Origin: Marine Group II euryarchaeote MED-G37
Lineage (GTDB): Archaea; Thermoplasmatota; Poseidoniia; Poseidoniales; Thalassarchaeaceae
Direction of reading: 5' to 3'
DNA: 64,000 nt
Assembly (NCBI GenBank): GCA_002457555.1
Contig: NTJQ01000001.1
Span: 132,420 to 196,419, forward strand
In this document: positions 55,548 to 64,000 of the stretch, piece by piece
Position numbering within the stretch: position 1 is the first letter of the stretch
Layout: each line of letters begins with the position of its first letter
The notes under the pieces: model-generated
The model's input: the letters and a program-made list of their open reading frames with translations, nothing else
Told to the model about the DNA's origin: nothing
Databases searched by the model: none
Translations under genes and position numbers: made by a program

Positions 55548-56684
55548 ATGGCAGAAATGTGGATATCTATGGGCCCTCAACACCCAATGACTCACGGACT
55601 TTGGACTCTGAAAATCAAAGTTGACGGGGAAACTGTAGTTGATACTGAACCGGATTTAGGGTATATTCACCGAGGTGTTGAGAAGATTTGTGAGGCGCGT
55701 GACTTCACTCAGATTACTACCTATTGTGATAGACTGTGTTACGCCAGCGCTAACACTTGGTCACACTCTTACATATACGCTGCAGAAGACCTACTCGGTG
55801 TAGAAGTACCCGAGCGAGCCGAATACATCCGCCTCATCGCAGTCGAGTTACAAAGAATCGCTAGCCACCTAATGTGGCTTGGTGCATACGGCCCAGACAT
55901 AGGTAATCTTTCGATTATGGTCTGGTGCCTACGTGAGCGCGAGATGATGATGGATTTACTACAGGAGTTGGGGGGTTCGAGAATGCATTACAACTTCCCA
56001 AGAATTGGTGGCGTAAAGCGAGATTTACCACATGGTTTCTCTCAGCGTGCACAAGCAAAACTCAAACTCTTCCTTAACCGAATTCAGGAGTATGAGGCGT
56101 TATTCGATGAGAGCACGGTCTTCCTCGTCAGAAGTCAAGGTGTAGGCTACGCAAAGCCTGAGGAAATGATCAACCACGGAGTCTCCGGGCCAAATGTCCG
56201 AGCCGCCGGTGTCGATTACGATGTTCGCTGGGCTCACCCTTACTCAGTCTACAGCGAACTTGATTGGCAACCTTCAGTCGAACGCTCTTCAATCAAGGGA
56301 GCGGACTGCTACGACCGTTATCGAGTCCGAGTTGAAGAGATGCGAATGAGCGCATCAATGGTACTCCAAGCACTCGATAAGATTCCCGGCGGCTCAGAGA
56401 CATATCACGAGCCAGGCGATCCGAAGATTATCGCCAAGGCTCCATCCAGGGCCCCAGAGGGAACCTATGGAAGCCACCACTTCGAAGATAGTCGAGGCGA
56501 ATCTATGTTCTACCTCGCAGGCGGAGGCGAAGGCCGAGGAAAGATGCCTTATCGCGTCTCAATCCGTTCTCCGATGTTCATCACAATCCCTTATGCCGCA
56601 AAGTGCATGATAGGCTACAAAGTAGCGGACATCCCTGCAATCATGGGCTCATTCGACCCATGTATTGGGGAGACAGACAGGTGA
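55548..56684 (+). CDS. nuoD: complex I subunit D (49 kDa)
   Basis: MGPQHPMTHGLWTLKIKVDGE, GYIHRGVEK, C-terminal DPCIGETDR. Confidence 0.92.
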   Translation: MAEMWISMGPQHPMTHGLWTLKIKVDGETVVDTEPDLGYIHRGVEKICEARDFTQITTYCDRLCYASANTWSHSYIYAAEDLLGVEVPERAEYIRLIAVELQRIASHLMWLGAYGPDIGNLSIMVWCLREREMMMDLLQELGGSRMHYNFPRIGGVKRDLPHGFSQRAQAKLKLFLNRIQEYEALFDESTVFLVRSQGVGYAKPEEMINHGVSGPNVRAAGVDYDVRWAHPYSVYSELDWQPSVERSSIKGADCYDRYRVRVEEMRMSASMVLQALDKIPGGSETYHEPGDPKIIAKAPSRAPEGTYGSHHFEDSRGESMFYLAGGGEGRGKMPYRVSIRSPMFITIPYAAKCMIGYKVADIPAIMGSFDPCIGETDR

Positions 56685-56690
56685 TTTACG

Positions 56691-58232
56691 ATGGCAGGAA
56701 CGAGCGATTGGTTAGACATCCGAGGATGGATGGAGTCCATCGTCGGTTGGTCAATGGACCAAGTCCACGACTTGCTACCTTCGAGTGAAATTGGTTTAGG
56801 CCCATTAGGTTCAGTCAATTTACAAGGTGAATTTGCCAGTATTCAAGGGGCGCTCGAGACTTTCCTATTCACCACAATAATGTGTACAATCGTATTTACT
56901 ACAATGATGTTGACCTTGATGGTAGTTCCATACATTGAGCGCAAATTCATTGCTAGATTGATGGATAGACTAGGTGCCACTACCAGCCTCAGAAGTTTGT
57001 GGATTGGAGAAGGTCACACAACTGCAGGTCAATGGTGGAATCAATTACCGTTTGGAATTGGCGCCCCTATTGGATGGGTAAACGGAATGCTGAACTCAAG
57101 TTTTGGAAACAAATCTAAGCACGTTGCAGTGGATCGTGTACACAACAGAGGTTACCATGGAATCTGGTTCCTATTTCCTGGCTTCTTCCAAGCTCTAGCC
57201 GACTTCCTAAAGTTCGCCACAAAGGAACACATGGTCCCAACTAAGGCCGACAGATTGGTTTTCGAAACCGCCCCAGTAATCATTATTGCAACGACAATCA
57301 TGGTCTATGCATTCATCCCATTCGGTCCACATATCTGGGCTGCAAATCCAGAGTTATCTTTGGTATTCATGATGGCGGTGTTTGGCGTCGCTCCACTTGG
57401 TGTATTCTTTGCAGGTTGGTCTTCAAACAACAAATACACACTAATCGGCGGAATGAGGTCCGCGGCACAACTTACTGCTTATGAGATACCTTTGTTGATT
57501 AGCGTGCTAGCAATCGCAGTCATCTCAGGCTCCTTCAATATCTTAGAAATAGTAGATTTCCAAATTGAGACAAGTAATACTTGGAATCTCTTCATCATGC
57601 CTTTAGGTGCTGCATTATTTCTAATCACAATGATTGCAGAAGTTGAGCGTATTCCATTCGATATGCCTGAGGCCGAGGCCGAATTAGTTGAGGGTTGGTG
57701 GACCGAGTATGGCGGAATCCGCTGGGGACTTATGTTCGCTGTAGAGATGATGCGTGCCTATGCCGCTTGTATCCTCTTCGCGCTATTCTTCTTGGGTGGA
57801 TGGCAACTGCCATTTGAGGACACTTTAGTAGGGCTACCATATGTGGGAATACTCTTCGATTTACTAGCAAATGCAACACCAGGGTTAGTAGTTCTGCTCC
57901 TGAAGGCCTACCTAATGTTCGCCTTCTTTGTCTGGGTTCGTGCTTCCCTCCATCGTGTTCGCACTGACCAAATTCTTGAGTTTGGCTGGCGCTGGCTTCT
58001 ACCTGCCTCGATGGTCAACCTTGCGGTAGCAATTTTTCTTCGCCTCGAGGTTTGGGACAGCACTGCAGCAGGAGGCTGGCCAATTTGGGCAGTTCCAGTA
58101 CTCTTTGGCTCGTTCATTCTTGCTTTCATCGTCCTCGCTATAGACGAAGACAAAGATGCGTTGGAACTGAATCGAAGGATGTATCATACTCAAACCTTGG
58201 AGAAGGCCAGTCCAGGTACACACAGAGATTAG
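56691..58232 (+). CDS. nuoH: complex I subunit H with N-terminal extension and about 60-aa insertion in the first loop
   Basis: YIERKFIARLMDRLG ... FQALADFLKFATKEHMVP ... PFDMPEAEAELVEGW; 513 aa versus about 330 in typical homologues (from memory). Confidence 0.9.
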   Translation: MAGTSDWLDIRGWMESIVGWSMDQVHDLLPSSEIGLGPLGSVNLQGEFASIQGALETFLFTTIMCTIVFTTMMLTLMVVPYIERKFIARLMDRLGATTSLRSLWIGEGHTTAGQWWNQLPFGIGAPIGWVNGMLNSSFGNKSKHVAVDRVHNRGYHGIWFLFPGFFQALADFLKFATKEHMVPTKADRLVFETAPVIIIATTIMVYAFIPFGPHIWAANPELSLVFMMAVFGVAPLGVFFAGWSSNNKYTLIGGMRSAAQLTAYEIPLLISVLAIAVISGSFNILEIVDFQIETSNTWNLFIMPLGAALFLITMIAEVERIPFDMPEAEAELVEGWWTEYGGIRWGLMFAVEMMRAYAACILFALFFLGGWQLPFEDTLVGLPYVGILFDLLANATPGLVVLLLKAYLMFAFFVWVRASLHRVRTDQILEFGWRWLLPASMVNLAVAIFLRLEVWDSTAAGGWPIWAVPVLFGSFILAFIVLAIDEDKDALELNRRMYHTQTLEKASPGTHRD

Positions 58233-58248
58233 ATCGGAGGTGAATATA

Positions 58249-59232
58249 ATGGATAATCCACAACAGTACAACACTGGACACCCACATGCGGCTCCTAATT
58301 TCCGAAATCTGATTATCAAGCCGATGTGGATGACGATGAAGACCGCATTACGAACCGTCCCATTCCTAGGTCGATTAGGTATTCTGAAGAATAATTACCA
58401 CGGTCAAGAGATTACAATGACAGATGATTTTACCCAATCTAGAATTGGGGGGGACCATCTATCCGAAGGTCACACATATTCTGCAGACAGAGAGTCGACC
58501 AATCTACTTCCTTTCCTTGAGCGACCTGTCACGGTCATGTATCCTTATGAACGGCTGGAAGACATGGAGCCTTGGTTATTTGTTCCAGGGAATTACAATG
58601 GAAGGATTGGAATTGTTTGGGAGACCTGTACCGCCTGCAAAGCCTGTGTGAAAGCCTGTCCAAACGACTGCCTTCACATGACTTCTGAAGTTAGAGTCAA
58701 TGTACTTGACCTAGCTGAGGCAGACGACGAGTGGCACGGCTACGGTTCAGAAGTCGAGGCGGGCGGGTACGCCGCGAAGCCAAAGGAAGAGTTTGAAGAA
58801 ATCGAGGAATTCGACTTGGTAAACGAGCATTCTGCAGCACCACAGCAATACGATTTCGCAGAAGTAATCGACATCTCCGGCGATACCGCTACCGTCCGTT
58901 GGATGGACGGTTCAGGTATCGAAGATATTTCAACCACCGAACTTAAGCCAGCTGAGACTGATATCGTCAGCGGTAGAATCGACATCGGCCGGTGTATGTT
59001 CTGTGGATTGTGTGCAGAAGCATGTCCGTTCGAGTCATTCTTCATGACCAATGAATATGATGGAATGTCTGGATATTCTCGGGATGACCTTTGGTTCGAT
59101 GCAGATAGAACTCGTGTACTTCCAGCCGTCCACCAAGAGCGAGTCGATATGGAACTTGCAAAGCGCGCAAAGAAGGAGAAGAATAAGCGCGAAAGAAAGG
59201 CGGCTAGAGCTGCCAAAGAAACGGAGGCTTGA
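58249..59232 (+). CDS. nuoI: complex I subunit I (2x[4Fe-4S]) with large insertions and a basic tail
   Basis: CTACKACVKACP (58627-58662) and CMFCGLCAEACP (58993-59028); GGAGGTG 6 nt upstream of ATG 58249. Confidence 0.85.
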   Translation: MDNPQQYNTGHPHAAPNFRNLIIKPMWMTMKTALRTVPFLGRLGILKNNYHGQEITMTDDFTQSRIGGDHLSEGHTYSADRESTNLLPFLERPVTVMYPYERLEDMEPWLFVPGNYNGRIGIVWETCTACKACVKACPNDCLHMTSEVRVNVLDLAEADDEWHGYGSEVEAGGYAAKPKEEFEEIEEFDLVNEHSAAPQQYDFAEVIDISGDTATVRWMDGSGIEDISTTELKPAETDIVSGRIDIGRCMFCGLCAEACPFESFFMTNEYDGMSGYSRDDLWFDADRTRVLPAVHQERVDMELAKRAKKEKNKRERKAARAAKETEA

Positions 59233-59237
59233 TTTCA

Positions 59238-59507
59238 ATGGCTATTGATTTCGAGGCTGTAGCATTCGTCATTATGGCGCTTGTTGCTATCCTCGGAGCC
59301 CTCGGGTGTGTTTATGCTCGGCGAGTCGCTCATTCTCTCCTATCTCTGATGATGACCTTCTTTGCCGTTGCTGGAGTAATGGTATTGGCACACGCTGAGA
59401 TGTTGGCGGCGATCCAGATTCTAGTCTACCTTGGTTCGGTAATGCTTGTGGTTCAGTTCGGAGTTATGTTAACTCGACGTCAAATACAGGAAGGTGGTAT
59501 TGAATGA
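59238..59507 (+). CDS. nuoJ: complex I subunit J, N-terminal part (TM1-3)
   Basis: AEMLAAIQILVYLGSVMLVVQFGVMLT is the conserved NuoJ TM3 region; GGAGG upstream. Confidence 0.8.
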   Translation: MAIDFEAVAFVIMALVAILGALGCVYARRVAHSLLSLMMTFFAVAGVMVLAHAEMLAAIQILVYLGSVMLVVQFGVMLTRRQIQEGGIE

Positions 59508-59770
59508 GGTCCTTGGGGATCACCGCTCGCCTCGGAGTATTTGCTTTTGTTCTAATTCTCCTAAGAGAAGTAATGGAACACCCGATGTGGGGAGAACCAC
59601 CTGTCGGCGCTCCAACCACAGTTGACTTTGCAGTTTCAATTCTTGATGATTGGGCACTTGTCACGGTTGTTCTCGGTATCCTACTTTCGATGGCAATGAT
59701 CGGTGCATCTTACCTTGTTCGTGACGAGCGCCTCGTCAATCTGCTTTACGATATGGGAGGCGATGAGTGA
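59504..59770 (+). CDS. nuoJ: complex I subunit J, C-terminal part (TM4-5)
   Basis: ATGA overlap with the previous ORF and AGGAAGGTGG SD; LVTVVLGILLSMAMIGASYL matches the NuoJ C-terminal helix. Confidence 0.75.
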   Translation: MRSLGITARLGVFAFVLILLREVMEHPMWGEPPVGAPTTVDFAVSILDDWALVTVVLGILLSMAMIGASYLVRDERLVNLLYDMGGDE

Positions 59771-60072
59771 TGATTGAAGCAAGTTGGATTGCCGGTCTTG
59801 GTGTTATTCTCTTTGGAATTGGATTGATTGGTGCGTTTAGTCGAAAAAATGCCATCATCGTTCTGATGTGCATAGAAGTCATGTTGAACGCCGCCAATCT
59901 AAACTTCGTAGCCGGAGCCTTACATCACGGCTCAGTAGATGGTTGGGTATTCACCGCGGTTGCAATCGCAATAGCGGCCGCAGAAGTTGCAATCGGGCTT
60001 GCAATTCTACTTTCCTTGTACAGTACACAGGAAACGATTTCGCTAGACGAAGCTACTCTTTTGAGAAATTGA
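59770..60072 (+). CDS. nuoK: complex I subunit K
   Basis: 100 aa, 3 TM, MCIEVMLNAANLNFVA with the conserved Glu; TGATG overlap. Confidence 0.9.
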   Translation: MIEASWIAGLGVILFGIGLIGAFSRKNAIIVLMCIEVMLNAANLNFVAGALHHGSVDGWVFTAVAIAIAAAEVAIGLAILLSLYSTQETISLDEATLLRN

Positions 60073-60081
60073 GGTGAAATT

Positions 60082-62379
60082 ATGGGTGAAAATAAGCAGG
60101 AGTGGGATAGACTGCTATTCATATTGCCATTTTTGGCAATCGTACCTTATCTATACAGCACTGGTGAGTCATCCACTGATTATTGGTGGTTGATTATCGC
60201 TGTACCACTGATATTCTTTGCAACGATTGCAATCACTGGTCAAGTTTGGAATGGTGATGAATTTTGGGTAAATCGTTTGAAGGAAGGTGGAATCTTAGGG
60301 CTTGGAGCCCTCAGTGTATCTCTTTCCGCTTCTATTTGGTTGATTTACGATTATCTCGATCACCATGGGCATTTAGAATCAGGAGACCCATTTAGTTGGT
60401 TGACCTTCGATGTCCTAACCTATGACTCAGAGGGCTGGTCTATTGCATCATCAGGATTCAGTGGAATTGGACTGGGAATATATCTCGACGCGGTTAGCAT
60501 AATGCTACTATTTGTCGCTACCTTCCTCTGCTTCCTAATTTGTTGGTTCGCAATTGGGTACATGACTACTGATTCAATCAATGACAACTCAAACCACCGA
60601 TTCTTCGCCGAGTTCGTTCTCTTCAGCATGGGTATGTTTGGAATGGTCCTTGCGGATAACTTCCTTTGGCTATTCATTTTTTGGGAGATAATGGGACTTT
60701 GTTCCTATCTTCTAATTGGATTCTATTACTGGAAGGAAAGTGCCGCCTACGCTGCGAAGAAGGCTTTCCTTACAACTCGCGTAGGAGATGTATTCTTGAT
60801 GATTGGATTACTGATGCTCTACGACATATATGGCTCTCTAGACTTCGCTGTTGTCTTTGATGATCCATCCACCGGTATAGGTGGAGCAGCGGTTGATGCA
60901 GCGATGTTAGAGACTGCACTACTGATGCTATTCATTGGTGCGGTAGGTAAATCTGCTCAGTTTCCATTACATGTCTGGCTACCAGATGCGATGGAAGGCC
61001 CAACGCCAGTATCGGCCCTTATCCACGCCGCTACCATGGTTAATGCTGGATTGTATCTAGTCGCTAGGATGGTGCCTTTCGTCGATGTTCATCATCACGG
61101 TGTTGCAGGAATGGAAGACTTGGGTCTCATCGTTGCATGGGTTGGTGGAATTACAGCCTTCATGGCCGCAGCAATCGCCTTTGTCCAGAATGATATCAAG
61201 AAGGTCTTAGCCTATTCTACGATGAGTCAACTGGCCTACATATTCACAGGATTAGGAGCAGCGCTTTGGTTCTTCAATCACGACAAGCATCATGCAGGTG
61301 CTCTAGTCTTCGGCGGTGCTCTATTCCATCTCTTCAATCACGCCATGGCAAAAGGAATGCTATTCATGGCGAGCGGTTCAGTAATCCACGAGGTTCATCA
61401 TGCCCACGATCATTTACATCATGGAGAACATGGAGACCACGACTTCGATCCTCAAGATATGCGTAACATGGGTGGCTTGGCGAGTAAACTACCGGTAACA
61501 GCCACAGCCATGATGTTCGGGTCAATGTCAATTATTGGGATCCCACTAATCGGTGGTTTTTGGTCAAAGGAAATAATTGTTGGAAAGACTTGGTATGCTT
61601 ACTTCAACGGAGCAGACGCATTGTTAGGACCGGCTATACTCATTCTAGCAACGGCGGGTATGACCGGCTTCTACATGTCACGAATGTGGTTCATGACTTT
61701 CGCTGGCGAGCCAAAGAATGAACTCGTAGACCACGTCCATGAAGAGACCCCTTGGATTAAGACTCCACTTGTAATTCTCTCAATAATAACCGCACTAGGT
61801 GGCTTTGGACTCGCCCTCTACGGAATGGTAGATTGGTTGTCTGGAGAAACCGACCACCTTTCTATTCACAAGGACACATTCATTGATCAGGTGATTTACG
61901 AATTGGAACATGCATTCCTACCAGAGGACGAACAGGTTCGAATGGTTGGATGGGCTACTATCCTGCTCTCATTCATCATTGGTCCAATATTTGCGGCCCG
62001 AGTTTACGGTGGCTCACTCAAGGAGGGTGAGAAAGCAATACCATTAGTTCACTGGCTTACCAGTCTCTCGAGCAAATTTGGTAGCCAGAAAGTCGATGAA
62101 TTAGCAAATTCACAATTCGCAGAGGCGCTACAGAATCGTCTATATTTCGATGACCTATACGAATGGATTCTAGGAAAGACCCTCATTCCATTCTCAGCTT
62201 TTGCTGCTTGGTTTGATGCTAACATAATCGACGGAGTAGTCAAACAAATAGAATCTAATTCTGTATTCGGTTCTGTACAGATTCGCAGAATAACAACCGG
62301 TAATGCCCGTGACTATATTCTGATGGCAGCGGTCGGTGCACTGTGTATATTTGCTCTAATTTGGGGGGTGAGCGCTTGA
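60082..62379 (+). CDS. nuoL: complex I antiporter-like subunit L with His-rich insertion
   Basis: GKSAQFPLHVWLPDAMEGPTPVSALIHAATMV; long C-terminal lateral-helix region; 765 aa. Confidence 0.92.
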   Translation: MGENKQEWDRLLFILPFLAIVPYLYSTGESSTDYWWLIIAVPLIFFATIAITGQVWNGDEFWVNRLKEGGILGLGALSVSLSASIWLIYDYLDHHGHLESGDPFSWLTFDVLTYDSEGWSIASSGFSGIGLGIYLDAVSIMLLFVATFLCFLICWFAIGYMTTDSINDNSNHRFFAEFVLFSMGMFGMVLADNFLWLFIFWEIMGLCSYLLIGFYYWKESAAYAAKKAFLTTRVGDVFLMIGLLMLYDIYGSLDFAVVFDDPSTGIGGAAVDAAMLETALLMLFIGAVGKSAQFPLHVWLPDAMEGPTPVSALIHAATMVNAGLYLVARMVPFVDVHHHGVAGMEDLGLIVAWVGGITAFMAAAIAFVQNDIKKVLAYSTMSQLAYIFTGLGAALWFFNHDKHHAGALVFGGALFHLFNHAMAKGMLFMASGSVIHEVHHAHDHLHHGEHGDHDFDPQDMRNMGGLASKLPVTATAMMFGSMSIIGIPLIGGFWSKEIIVGKTWYAYFNGADALLGPAILILATAGMTGFYMSRMWFMTFAGEPKNELVDHVHEETPWIKTPLVILSIITALGGFGLALYGMVDWLSGETDHLSIHKDTFIDQVIYELEHAFLPEDEQVRMVGWATILLSFIIGPIFAARVYGGSLKEGEKAIPLVHWLTSLSSKFGSQKVDELANSQFAEALQNRLYFDDLYEWILGKTLIPFSAFAAWFDANIIDGVVKQIESNSVFGSVQIRRITTGNARDYILMAAVGALCIFALIWGVSA

Positions 62380-63989
62380 TTCAGTCAGATCCGCTAACAT
62401 TCATCACACTAACCCCACTTGGTATTGGTTTAGCTCTGCTGATATTGCCATACATCGCGCCTGCCAGTATGGCGGATTTCACCCGAAGGATATCCCGCTC
62501 ACTTTCAATGGGGGTCGCTCTTGCAATATTCGCCATTACAACCGCATTATTCCTCGGTCAAATTGGCAATATTGATTGGCTCAATATTACACAGGGCCAG
62601 TATGTTTTCCAAAATGATCCAGTAGTCCTACTGGAAAGTATCGGTGTCCGCTGGGTAGTCGGTGTTGACGCCTTGTCGTTCCCAATGGTATGGCTTACTG
62701 CCCTGTTAATCCCAATCTCAATGCTAGTTGAGTGGGACGCAAAGAAAGGACACCTATTCCACCCACTAATCCTAGTCATGGAGGGTGCGCTGATTGGGGT
62801 ATTCGTGGTACTCGACCTATTCGTCTTCTACGTCTTTTGGGAATTGACTCTAATCCCGATGTTCTTCTTGATTTTAGTTTGGGGCGGAGACGACCGCAGA
62901 TATGCTTCGATGAAATTCTTCATCTACACTTTCACAGCAAGTGTTCTGATGCTAATTGGTATTCTTGTGATGTATTTCCATACCGATCCAATAAGCGGTC
63001 TGGGAAGCCTAACCGGACACCACTTTGACTTGGTATCAATGACTGCTCAGTCCTCTGGAAATGGTTTGATTGCAGGAGAAGGTTTGCGCCACTTTGTTTG
63101 GCTCCTATTATTGATCGGATTTGCAACAAAGATGCCTAGCGTACCTGTGCACACTTGGCTACCGGACGCTCACGTTCAGGCGCCAACTGCAGGATCAATG
63201 CTGTTGGCTGGTGTCATGCTAAAGATGGGGGCATACGGATTCCTAAGAATTGCTGTAACCATCTTCCCAGAATCAACCGTAGTCTTTACTCCATTGTTGA
63301 TTATGCTTGGAATGGCAAGCCTAGTCTACGGAGCTATTGTTTGTATGGGTCAGACAAATCTCAAGCGTATGGTTGCTTATTCATCGGTATCTCACATGGG
63401 ATTGATTTTCCTCGGAATTGCAACCATGCAACCACTGGGAATCGCCGGTGCGCTATTCATGATGTTTGCACATGGAATCATCAGTCCGCTTCTCTTCGCT
63501 GTAGCAGGGGCCTTCAAGCACCACTACCACACTCTTGAGATTGGTTCCATGCGTGGAATCGCCCACCACTCACCTTGGTTGGCGGGACATATGATGTTAG
63601 GTTGGATGGCCAGTCTTGGACTTCCGCTATTGGCCGGATTCGTCGCCGAAATTGCAATAATGATTGCCTTCTGGATGACTTTCGGCTGGTTAGTAATTTG
63701 GCCAGCATTGACCCTAATCATTACTGCTGTATACTATCTGAACAGTATGCAGAGGACCATTTTCGAGGGTGGAGATCCCCACGTTGGTGTACTTCCCGAC
63801 ACAATGCATGGAGAAGAACCTCGAGACATTACATGGCATGAGAACGCTGGAATGTTCGTATTGGGTGCTCTCACGGTATTGTTCGGAATCATGCCATTCA
63901 TCTTCTGGGACATGATGTCAGATTGGTCCACCGAATTCATGCTGGAGACCTTAGTTCAGGCTATGAACAGCCAGGGGGTGAAGCCCTGA
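62376..63989 (+). CDS. nuoM: complex I antiporter-like subunit M
   Basis: KMPSVPVHTWLPDAHVQAPTAGSMLLAGV; TTGA overlap start at 62376 (ORF-track start is 62343). The stop overlaps a following ATG (TGATG, 63987-63991), presumably nuoN running off the window. Confidence 0.9.
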   Translation: MIQSDPLTFITLTPLGIGLALLILPYIAPASMADFTRRISRSLSMGVALAIFAITTALFLGQIGNIDWLNITQGQYVFQNDPVVLLESIGVRWVVGVDALSFPMVWLTALLIPISMLVEWDAKKGHLFHPLILVMEGALIGVFVVLDLFVFYVFWELTLIPMFFLILVWGGDDRRYASMKFFIYTFTASVLMLIGILVMYFHTDPISGLGSLTGHHFDLVSMTAQSSGNGLIAGEGLRHFVWLLLLIGFATKMPSVPVHTWLPDAHVQAPTAGSMLLAGVMLKMGAYGFLRIAVTIFPESTVVFTPLLIMLGMASLVYGAIVCMGQTNLKRMVAYSSVSHMGLIFLGIATMQPLGIAGALFMMFAHGIISPLLFAVAGAFKHHYHTLEIGSMRGIAHHSPWLAGHMMLGWMASLGLPLLAGFVAEIAIMIAFWMTFGWLVIWPALTLIITAVYYLNSMQRTIFEGGDPHVGVLPDTMHGEEPRDITWHENAGMFVLGALTVLFGIMPFIFWDMMSDWSTEFMLETLVQAMNSQGVKP

Positions 63990-64000
63990 TGCTGACTACT

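Noticed and set aside
59229-59770. nuoJ split into two ORFs: possible frameshift pseudogene
   Set aside because: The junction is a clean ATGA overlap preceded by an AGGAAGGTGG ribosome-binding site. Both parts keep the conserved NuoJ helices. From memory, separate nuoJ1/nuoJ2 genes are annotated in some haloarchaeal genomes. A functional split is more likely than decay.
53803-64000. Absence of nuoE/F/G read as a deletion or assembly gap
   Set aside because: nuoD and nuoH are only 6 nt apart with an SD site between them. Lack of the NADH-dehydrogenase module is the normal state of archaeal complex-I-like operons.
1-64000. CRISPR arrays, transposases, integrases, prophage or toxin-antitoxin/defence gene signatures
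   Set aside because: I saw no direct-repeat/spacer periodicity and no DDE, tyrosine or serine recombinase, Cas, restriction-modification or toxin-like motifs in any listed ORF. The only accessory-looking region, 38.8-53.7 kb, encodes envelope proteins rather than mobile-element genes.

Overview
Compact, gene-dense archaeal chromosome segment of about 60 genes. I found no rRNA, CRISPR array, transposase or integrase. Archaeal identity rests on ribosomal proteins L15e and L21e, RNA polymerase subunit Rpo4/F, Pus10, and the conserved Pus10-L21e-RpoF-DUF655-KsgA cluster. It also rests on FtsZ, a PGF-CTERM protein, an intron-containing tRNA-Tyr with a C1-G72 pair, and an 11-subunit-type nuo operon lacking nuoEFG with a split nuoJ. 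The mix of surface peptidases (S8, M14), an SNF transporter, a dPGM-type mutase and very large envelope proteins suggests a heterotrophic marine Thermoplasmatota-like archaeon (Marine Group II/III-like). That placement is inference only. Most of 1-38 kb is housekeeping: pgk, gpmA-like, PGM/PMM, hisS, uppS, ftsZ, dnaJ-like, an RND/MMPL exporter, MscS, and M24 and M14 peptidases. The most unusual region is 38.8-53.7 kb. It holds five co-directional giant envelope proteins around an S8 subtilase, two of them with cytoplasmic zinc-binding tails and one a 1455-aa orphan with its own repeat motif. The nuo operon (53.8-64.0 kb) has large lineage-specific insertions in NuoI, NuoH, NuoA and NuoL. Start codons were refined by hand from GGAGGTGA-like Shine-Dalgarno sites and ATGA/TGATG overlaps. 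All family assignments come from motif recognition by eye, not from searches.
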